A DNA stretch of 64,000 nt from contig CAZXZO010000004.1 in the NCBI GenBank assembly GCA_964645485.1, forward strand, positions 34,352 through 98,351, in the 5' to 3' direction. The position numbers and the translations under genes are program-made. Below, in pieces: positions 29,997 to 38,200 of this stretch. The notes under the pieces are model-generated. The model was not told the DNA's origin. It made no database searches and saw only the letters and a list, made by a program, of their open reading frames with translations. This DNA comes from an uncultured Candidatus Poseidoniales archaeon (GTDB lineage Archaea > Thermoplasmatota > Poseidoniia > Poseidoniales > Thalassarchaeaceae). The stretch's first letter is position 1; every line of letters starts with the position of its first letter.

Positions 29997-30028
29997 GATG
30001 TAATCTAATGATGGGCCCGTCCAGATTT
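29997..30028. repeat. 32-bp direct repeat of the tRNA-Pro 3' end plus trailer (att-like)
   Basis: GATGTAATCTAATGATGGGCCCGTCCAGATTT versus GATGTAATCGAATGATGGGCCCGTCCAGATTT at 30201-30232; 31/32 identical, 204 bp apart. Confidence 0.85.
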
Positions 30029-30215
30029 AATTCCATCTGACTCATTTTTGATTTAATTCAACGCAAGGTGTCCCTCACTTCCCTCAGCCCAACCTTGCGC
30101 TCCAGCGTCAAACACGCCCCCTCAATCAATTTTCAGAGGCCCGGGCTTGTTTAACGCGGAGTTCAAATCTAGCAGGCTGTATTGAATATGATTTCATATT
30201 GATGTAATCGAATGA

Positions 30216-30290
30216 TGGGCCCGTCCAGATTTGAACTGGAGTCTAAGCGTCCCAAACGCCCAAGCATAGGCCAGGCTAACCCACGGGCCC
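30216..30290 (-). tRNA. tRNA-Pro(TGG)
   Basis: Acceptor GGGCCCG/CGGGCCC, anticodon arm GGGCG-TTTGGGA-CGCTT, T arm TCCAG-TTCAAAT-CTGGA; no encoded CCA. Confidence 0.95.
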
Positions 30291-30328
30291 CAACAGGGTT
30301 GCCACCGACCTACCTTTCATGAACCTAT

Positions 30329-30778
30329 TTATTCCAACCACTCCCATTCGGTTGGGGTATCACGCATCAGTAATCCTTGAGATTCTGCCATATCAATCAA
30401 TTCTTGAGCATCAGGTAGCACAATCCCTCTTTTATTCAACTCATTTTGAACAGCGATAATATTGAGTTTTCCATTTTCATCAACTAGGTTACTTAGAAGT
30501 TTTAGTAGTGCAGGAGCGGAGGCACTATCTTGTTGGTAATCCTGATAATCTTCGGTCTTGGTTTTGCGTCTCATTTCATCTCGAAGTTCCGGCGGAACAT
30601 TGGCAAGGGATACCCTTTCTTTGAGTTCTCCACTATCCTTTGCTCTCCTAACTATAGGGTGTTCTCCACTTTTACCACAACCTGGGCAAGTGAATGTTTT
30701 GTCATTTCTTAAACTACCAAAATGTCTCTCACAATCAATACAACGAATTACTAAAAAAACTCGTTCATTTGATGTCAT
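30329..30778 (-). CDS. Zinc-ribbon protein with possible C-terminal winged helix
   Basis: RCIDC..HFG, CPGCG; ATG at 30778 avoids overlap with the upstream gene. Confidence 0.7.
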   Translation of the reverse strand: MTSNERVFLVIRCIDCERHFGSLRNDKTFTCPGCGKSGEHPIVRRAKDSGELKERVSLANVPPELRDEMRRKTKTEDYQDYQQDSASAPALLKLLSNLVDENGKLNIIAVQNELNKRGIVLPDAQELIDMAESQGLLMRDTPTEWEWLE

Positions 30779-30794
30779 CAATTGCGCCTCAAAA

Positions 30795-31436
30795 TTAGAA
30801 AGAGAAGTCACCACTATTGGTGTCCTTTGCAGGCCGGCTAGCGCCGGCACCTGTCGAGAAACCTTCTCCTGCACTCTTTGTTAATCCGCCTCGGACCCTA
30901 CCAACTGGTCCTGATTGCATATTCATTGTATCAGGTAAGATTAGTGCTGCCAAGGCACAGCCGTGGTGGTCAGATGCAGCATTTACTTCATCAACTGCAA
31001 TTTCATGTTTCACAACTTCGAGGTCGCGTGATGCCAACTTACGCTTCAAATTCATTTTCAGCATTAATTCAGTTTCTTCGTAAGAAAGGTTGGTTGTTAG
31101 GGTTGCAACGATTGAACACTCATCTCCTTCTGGAGTGACACATTGTGCCCATGCAACTCCGGCGGATGCTATGCCGCCATTGAATGAGTACGATTCAGCA
31201 ATATGGCATTCAACAAGTGAACCCATTGCTAAATCTTCTGGGGGGGAGGGCTCAAAACCCATTGGTAACATTGCTCCCTCCATGCGGATTAATCTAGAAT
31301 CCCCAAGACCTAATTCAACTAAGCATTGGTCAAACGCGTCTTCTTTAGTATCACCCCACGGTGCTACTGATGTCATCAACCAACCGGTGCAGGAGCCCTC
31401 TGCTCGTCTGCGACCTGTATCAACATTGAAGTCCAT
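30795..31436 (-). CDS. Pyruvoyl-dependent arginine decarboxylase (PdaD)-like protein, catalytic residues absent
   Basis: AFDQCL...GLGD.RLIRMEGAMLP, LAMGSLV, GCALAALIL align with recalled PdaD motifs; Ser-Ser cleavage site missing. Confidence 0.7.
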   Translation of the reverse strand: MDFNVDTGRRRAEGSCTGWLMTSVAPWGDTKEDAFDQCLVELGLGDSRLIRMEGAMLPMGFEPSPPEDLAMGSLVECHIAESYSFNGGIASAGVAWAQCVTPEGDECSIVATLTTNLSYEETELMLKMNLKRKLASRDLEVVKHEIAVDEVNAASDHHGCALAALILPDTMNMQSGPVGRVRGGLTKSAGEGFSTGAGASRPAKDTNSGDFSF

Positions 31437-31487
31437 GGGAGGCGGAGATGGGTTGGGTTCATCAAGTGGCCGGCGAATCGGTCGGAT

Positions 31488-31778
31488 ATGCAGTGGCGCC
31501 GTCTCGCCCCAGCCTTGCTTGTTGTCGGCTTGATGTTGTTAGTTGTCGCATTAAAAACTCAAGATGCTGGCGGGATATCTCAGGAGGCTTTTGCGGTTTT
31601 GCTCATTTTGTTTATTGGAATGTTCAGTTTTATTGTATTATCGGCACCAGAATCCAATGAAATACAGGATTCATCCAAGTCTTTCAAAACAGAAGATTCT
31701 CTCTCAAGTGATACTGAAATATCCCAGCCTCCCCTCCCAGACCCATTGGACGAAGGATTTGACTCTCCTCTAATGTGA
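31488..31778 (+). CDS. Small membrane protein
   Basis: Two hydrophobic helices and an acidic tail ending PDPLDEGFDSPLM. Confidence 0.65.
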   Translation: MQWRRLAPALLVVGLMLLVVALKTQDAGGISQEAFAVLLILFIGMFSFIVLSAPESNEIQDSSKSFKTEDSLSSDTEISQPPLPDPLDEGFDSPLM

Positions 31779-31811
31779 AGAGACGAAGCGAGTTGTTTGA
31801 GATTGATGGTC

Positions 31812-33149
31812 TCAAGGTGTAACTCTTCGTGAGTCACGTGGGAATGGAATCACTTCTCGGATATGGTCAGCGCCTGCTAGCCAAGAGCACACTCTGTCCA
31901 CACCAAGGCCAAATCCACCGTGAGGGACACCGCCAAATCGCCGAACATCAATGTAAAACTCGTATGCATCGCGTGGGGTTCCTTCCTCATCAATACGCTC
32001 GAGAATTTCTTTTTCACTCCAGGTACGCTCGCCTCCACCAATAATTTCTCCATAACCTTCCGGTGCTAGGAGGTCATGGCAAAGGACATACTTAGGGTCA
32101 TCAGGGTCTGGCCTATGGTAGAATGGTTTTGCAATTCTTGGATAATGTGTTAAGAAGTGTGGTACATCGAAATCTTGGGTCAGAATTTTCTCCTTTGAGT
32201 AATCTAAATCTTGTCCCCATTCTATGTCAACACCCATTCCCTGCAGTGTTTCTATTGCTTCATCATATCGAATTCTAGGATAAGGATTGTCTGCATAGCG
32301 TGCGACCAGGTCTAAATCTCTACCAAGACTTTGCAATTCATCTGATCTTTCGTCAAGCAGGGTTGAAGCGATGTTTCGTACTAATGACTCACCATGTTCC
32401 ATGACATCTGCGTTACCACCCCAAGCAATTTCCATTTCAGCATGCCAAAATTCAGTCAAATGGCGTCTAGTACGACTTTTTTCAGCTCGGAATGAAGGTG
32501 CAATCGTGTATAGTCGTTCAAGCGCAGGCATTGCCGCTTCGGCGTAGAGTTGCCAAGATTGAGTAAGATACGCCTTCCTACCAAAATATGGGACTTCGAA
32601 TAGGGTTGAACCACCTTCAACAGCACCTGCGACGAAATTTGGTGCGTGATATTCAATGAAATCAAGTTCCCTAAAGTAAGAATGGATGGCACCAAAAACC
32701 GATGAACGAATTTTCAACATCGTCGTCATCCGATTAGTTCGCAGATAGAGATGGCGATTATCTAGGAGGAATTCAGTTTCTCCCCCTTCAGCACCTTCCA
32801 TCGCAGATTCCGTAATTGGAAATGGGTTCTCTGCATTGACTGCACCTATAACTTCGCCACCAGTAACCATCATTTCATGGCCACCTGGTGCTCTTTCATC
32901 GACATTAATTATGCCAGTAATTGTAACACTCGCTTCAATTAAGGCATTTTTTAAATTTTCAAAACAATCATCACCGACTTCATTTCGCTTGATTACACAC
33001 TGTAAAATCCCAGTCGAATCACGTAACACAAGGAACCAAATTTTGTTTGAGCCTCGGGCTCGATGGACCCACCCTTTTAACTCAACTTCTTGGTCATCAT
33101 ACATGCCATTATGCACATCACTGACCCACGTGTCTTTGGCCATAATCAA
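31812..33149 (-). CDS. asnS: Asparagine--tRNA ligase
   Basis: N-terminal OB fold GWVHR.R, YLTQSWQLY, SFRAEKSRTRRHLTEFWHAEME, GEIIGGGER, PHGGFGLGVDR, VIPFPR. Confidence 0.92.
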   Translation of the reverse strand: MIMAKDTWVSDVHNGMYDDQEVELKGWVHRARGSNKIWFLVLRDSTGILQCVIKRNEVGDDCFENLKNALIEASVTITGIINVDERAPGGHEMMVTGGEVIGAVNAENPFPITESAMEGAEGGETEFLLDNRHLYLRTNRMTTMLKIRSSVFGAIHSYFRELDFIEYHAPNFVAGAVEGGSTLFEVPYFGRKAYLTQSWQLYAEAAMPALERLYTIAPSFRAEKSRTRRHLTEFWHAEMEIAWGGNADVMEHGESLVRNIASTLLDERSDELQSLGRDLDLVARYADNPYPRIRYDEAIETLQGMGVDIEWGQDLDYSKEKILTQDFDVPHFLTHYPRIAKPFYHRPDPDDPKYVLCHDLLAPEGYGEIIGGGERTWSEKEILERIDEEGTPRDAYEFYIDVRRFGGVPHGGFGLGVDRVCSWLAGADHIREVIPFPRDSRRVTP

Positions 33150-33229
33150 CGTCCCTTGGCTTTGCGAATCGCTACTTCCATTTTAACCGAGCCCTTACAA
33201 CGGCGGAATAAATCTATTCGTGAGGAGCA

Positions 33230-34234
33230 TTGCCAACGTTCTCCATGACTGATGTGCCTATGAGGTCCTCACCTCGCTTAGCGGTTTATGCGGTTGGTGG
33301 AAACGCTCTTTCAAATCCTGCCCTAAAAGGTGCTGAGGCTCGAGAAGCGGCTGAGGAAATAATGAGAGACGTCCTTGAGGATGTAGTTGACCTGTTAGAA
33401 GCTGGTATTCGTGTTGTTTTAACACATGGTAACGGTCCACAGGTTGGTGAATTATTGTTAATGGAAGAATCCCTGATTGAGAGTCGGAGAGTTTCGTCAT
33501 CTAAGTTCTCTGATGAGCCACTTGGGCTAGATAATTGGGTTGCAGCCACTCAAGGAACTCTCGGGCATGAGATCGCTACAAATCTAGATAACATTTTACG
33601 AGCGAGAGGCAGACATGAACAGGTCGTTAGTTTACTTACACGGGTTGAAGTTGATGCAAATGATTCCGCCTTTTCCCATCCAACAAAGCCGATTGGCCCA
33701 ATTATTGATGATTTAGATTCAGTCCCAAGTAATTGGAAAATTGGAGTAACCAGCGCCGATGCTGGACCTCGCAGAGTAGTTGCCTCCCCCAAGCCAATTT
33801 CAATCATTGATTCTGATGCAATAGAGGCACTTATTTCAGCAGGCGCGGTAGTCCTTTGTGCAGGCGGTGGTGGGATTCCTGTGATATCTAACAAAGGAGG
33901 AATTGAAGGTGTTGAAGCAGTGATAGATAAGGACAGAGTAAGCGCTCTGTTGGCTGTGTCATTAAATGCTGACTTTCTTTTTATATCAACTGCAGTCGAC
34001 TCGGTGAAATTAGATTTTGGCAGCGATAATGAGCGCAGTATCCAGTCAATGTCAATCGATGAAGCGAGCCGATTTTTAGAAGATGGCCAATTTCCACAAG
34101 GAAGTATGGGGCCGAAGATTGAGGCAATGCTATTTGCTAAACAAAATGGCTCAAAAATTGTCGTTTCACTTTGCCAACCCGGAGATGTCATTGAAACTAT
34201 GAGAGGAGAAGCAGGTACAACTATCATTGACTAA
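33230..34234 (+). CDS. arcC: Carbamate kinase
   Basis: AVGGNAL, THGNGPQVG, PTKPIGP, RRVVASPKP, CAGGGGIPV, EAVIDKD, GSMGPKIEA. Confidence 0.93.
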   Translation: MPTFSMTDVPMRSSPRLAVYAVGGNALSNPALKGAEAREAAEEIMRDVLEDVVDLLEAGIRVVLTHGNGPQVGELLLMEESLIESRRVSSSKFSDEPLGLDNWVAATQGTLGHEIATNLDNILRARGRHEQVVSLLTRVEVDANDSAFSHPTKPIGPIIDDLDSVPSNWKIGVTSADAGPRRVVASPKPISIIDSDAIEALISAGAVVLCAGGGGIPVISNKGGIEGVEAVIDKDRVSALLAVSLNADFLFISTAVDSVKLDFGSDNERSIQSMSIDEASRFLEDGQFPQGSMGPKIEAMLFAKQNGSKIVVSLCQPGDVIETMRGEAGTTIID

Positions 34235-34272
34235 TATCAAATGCTCAACAAAAGAATCCAGAATCATAAGTT

Positions 34273-34349
34273 TGGCGGGCCACACGGGGTTCGAACCCGC
34301 GACCGACGGATTAAGAGTCCGTCGCTCTACCTGACTAAGCTAGTGGCCC
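34273..34349 (-). tRNA. tRNA-Lys(CTT)
   Basis: GGGCCAC/GTGGCCC acceptor, ACGGA-CTCTTAA-TCCGT anticodon arm, GGTTCGAACC T loop, encoded CCA. Confidence 0.97.
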
Positions 34350-34397
34350 GCCTCGCCGGGCGTGCCACCCCTATTTGACGCAAACGGATGATGGAAA

Positions 34398-35099
34398 TCA
34401 AGACAGTCTGCCATCGGGTTTAATTCTCACTTCTGTTCCTGCATCTGAACCGATTACAACAGCATCTGCCATGTTGGTGAATAGGCCGACTTCGACAACC
34501 CCCGCAATGTTGCGAATTTCTGATTCAAGTGCTATTGGGTCAGTAATTGTAGGGCCAAATGAACAATCTATGATAAAATTCCCGTTATCGGTGATTAATG
34601 GTTCACTCCCCCCTCGCCTTATCGCAGGTCCTGGGCAAATTTCTTGCAGGTGTCGTGAAGTAACCTCCCAACCAAAGTGAATAACCTCAACGGGTAGAGG
34701 AAAGTCTCCTAAAGTTGGTACATCTTTTCGGGGATCGGTCACCACAACCATTGAGTCTGATACTTGTGCAACTATTTTTTCTCGGGTAAGTGCACCGCCT
34801 CCTCCTTTAATTAAATGGAAATTAGAATCAAACTCATCAGCACCATCTATTGTGACTGCTAATCGTCCAACTTGGTCCCATTCGAGAATCGGAATCCCTA
34901 GGCTTCTAGCCAATTTTTCTGTTTCAATGCTTGTTGGGACTCCACGAATCTCTAAGCCTTCTTCTGCCATTCTTCTGCCAAGTTCAATTACTGTGTGTTT
35001 TACCGTTGAGCCTGTGCCAAGTCCAACATCCATTCCGCTGGTGACAAAATCACAAGCTGCAATACCCGCTGATTGTTTAGCCGCCTCAACCTCATCCAT
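34398..35099 (-). CDS. rpiA: Ribose-5-phosphate isomerase A
   Basis: VGLGTGSTV, TIDGADE, LIKGGGGALTREKIVA, LPVEV, ITDNGNFIID, GVVEVGLF; ATG at 35099. Confidence 0.96.
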   Translation of the reverse strand: MDEVEAAKQSAGIAACDFVTSGMDVGLGTGSTVKHTVIELGRRMAEEGLEIRGVPTSIETEKLARSLGIPILEWDQVGRLAVTIDGADEFDSNFHLIKGGGGALTREKIVAQVSDSMVVVTDPRKDVPTLGDFPLPVEVIHFGWEVTSRHLQEICPGPAIRRGGSEPLITDNGNFIIDCSFGPTITDPIALESEIRNIAGVVEVGLFTNMADAVVIGSDAGTEVRIKPDGRLS

Positions 35100-35212
35100 T
35101 GCTCTCAAACCGGCGGGAGGGTTGGCACAGCATATCATTTGGGTATAAATTTCATCAAAACTAGTTGTGAAGTTCAGCCGAATCATTTTCAAGCCGCCCA
35201 TGTTCTGAGAAC

Positions 35213-38200
35213 ATGATGCAGCGTAGCCTCCGACCCGTCTTCGCCGCCGCAGTCCTATTCTCAATTTTCGTCATTTCTTCACTCTCTCCATTATTGGTTG
35301 AAACATCGTATCTTTCAGATTTAGCCAAAAACAATGAGACGGCTATGAATGTTCCAACTACTATTTCGATTGCAAGCCATCCAGATGGGACTTCAAATGT
35401 GATGCAATTAGAAGTGCCTGTTGACCATGCGGTCACTGACCTAGGCATTTCTCTAGAACCTCACATTTTACCACGTACGGAGTCTATTTCTTGGAATTCA
35501 ATCTCTGATTGGAATATGAGTGGAGTTGTTAATGATGGTGTAGATTTCAATTCTTCATCCGGATTAACTGTGCTTCCAACAGGCTACAGTTGGGATTTTG
35601 AGTCGGGTGCCTTCGGAAATGCGTGGTCTCATTCAGGTAACTCGCACTGGACTGTTCAGAGTAGCACGAGGTTGAGTGGAACATACACCCCTCAATCCGG
35701 TTATATTTCACATAATCAGTGGACTGCGATGAGTGTGACAATATCCAATATGGTCGGCACGGGCTCATTCAAGTATCGGACATCAACAGAAAGCAATTAT
35801 GATTATCTTTTGTTCTGTATTGATAATACAGGATGTTACCGTTATGGTGGATACACCTACCGTTGGTCTGGATACAATAGTGGTACTCAAACTTTCAATA
35901 TTGCAGCAGGAACTCATACATACACTTGGAAGTATTACAAAGATGGCAGTGTGAACTCGGGTTCAGACAGAGTATGGGTTGATGATATTGAATTCAATCC
36001 TAGCAGCGGAGGAACGGGTTCTGGTAATTGGACATCTTCGCCGTTCGGACCAAGTGCTACCGGAACCCAGAAATCACTAGAAGGTCAGTACGGGTTAGTC
36101 AGTGTTGATGCCACTGTACCAAGCAATTCAGCACTCACTTGGTCGGTGTTAGATGGGATTTCTAAACAACCTATCCCTGGCTATGAAAATATTAACAAAT
36201 ATGTTTACGATATTGGTGGAATTGACTCTGAAAAACACCCAACTCTTCGTATAAAGTTGCACTTGGACCAACCATCTGGTTCTCCTCCTGTAGTTCATGG
36301 GGTGTACGTACAGGGCCGATATGTTTCGTCGTTCAATGCAGATCCTGGATGGACTGGAAATCTAAATTGGGATGGTAATTCGTTCCCTGGAAGTGGAATA
36401 ATTGATTCTCCGGTTTTTGAGTTAAGACGCCCAATATCTCGGATTAAGACAGATATCTCCTCATCGGGTGGCGGTACTTGGCAGATGAAAATTAATGATG
36501 ACGTGTGGGCTAATGCTCCCCAAGCATCTTGGCAAACATTGTCCACATATGCTCACAAAGTACAATTTCGCTGGATTGGAAGTTCATCATCTTCTGACCT
36601 TAGGTCTGTAGACATTCAAATTGATTCAGGTGGGATGCCTGAATTCGCAAGAATGGATGTGGGAGAAGACGGAATTATTGAGTGGGGCATTGATAGTGCT
36701 AGCATTGGTAAATGGGGTTGGCAAGACAGGCTTTCCGATGGAACTTATTCTAAAGATTTCACATGGACAACTTCCGGTACAAAGCAGATAGGGGTTTGGT
36801 TACCTAAAGATGGGCTTGAAGCGATGAGTTACACACTCACTCCTTCTTCTTCGGGTGTTCAAAATCTTTCAACGAGTTTGTCTATTTCTGGTACAGAAGT
36901 GATGAGTAGACAGATTGGTACCGTGGGTGATGTTTCACTAGTAATTTTGACTCCTGCAGAAATTATGGACAGCAATTCCTTACTGCTGAATGCAACATCA
37001 ATATGGCCAAATCCAGGAGTTCAAACTGGAATCGAATATGTTCAGGCAGTGTTTTCCGTGACAAGTGATTATGGCGGCGTACAATTAGGTGGTGTCGCCG
37101 CAGTCCATCATCCAACTGCAAATTTGTTGTATGATTCTCAAGATGAAATGGTTTGGGCAGTCAATGATTTGATTCCATATAGTACAATTTTATCTGGCTC
37201 TAAATACGTTCCTTTGACTGTTCAAATGAATAATCCCGGTTCCCTCATCGGAACAATTACTTCACTCAATTATAGTAATGAAATGACCACAGATTCTCTG
37301 ACGATTTTGAATGGTACAACGACCCTGACCCCCTCGAGGCAATGGCTTGAAGTGAATACAACACACAGTGCTCCAGCAGGCACGGTAGCAGCAGTCCAGA
37401 TGGATTTGATTGGAACAAACCATCAAGTTAGGATGCTTTGTCAAAATGATGGCAGTTTGGCAGTAGTGCCCGGTTCTAGTGATGCTGAGATGGTTCACTG
37501 GAAGCAAGGTGATGGTTGTGAATTGGATGTTAATGGCTCTGATGTCAATAGCGTGATGCGATTCCGTTTGAATGCATCATGGGATGATGATCCAAGTATG
37601 ACTATGAAGGTCAGACTAGTTTTGATTGATGGCAGAAGGAGTGTACCGAAGTTACAGGAATTTGGGGCAGGAGAAAACTTGGCGATTGAAAATGATGTTG
37701 AGATTGTATCATGGGAAATGTACAATCAACATGGCGTCCCAATCCCGACAAATAGGCAATATCTACAATCAAATTCACCTATCACAATTAGTGTTGACTT
37801 AGGATTCCCTGGTATTGACAGGTGGCTTGCTCCAAGATCAGGTGATGTAGCAGTTAGAGTCTTCGAAAATGGCATCGTAATTGCCAATAGTACATCACTC
37901 ACCAATGGCTCTATAGATTTCAATCTAAACACTCCATTGAGTTCTCAACCGGTTGAATACAGGTTAGATATTTTACCTCTGCATCAACAAGAAAATGCTT
38001 CATCAATCACGGTGAATAGGACATATGAGATTGATTCATTAGCCCCTATGGTAATTGAACAGAACATCCGGAAATATGACCATCTAGAACAATCTTTGAA
38101 TCAATTAATCAAGATTGAAATTTATGATAGGCCAATACTTCCAGACGACCTTTCTTTGATGCTATGGCGAGATTGGGCAGATGATTTCAACGCTGATGGC

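Noticed and set aside
30795-34234. Arginine deiminase/agmatine catabolic operon (PdaD-like gene plus carbamate kinase)
   Set aside because: No arcA, arcB or aguA nearby; the genes are on opposite strands separated by asnS; the PdaD-like protein appears inactive
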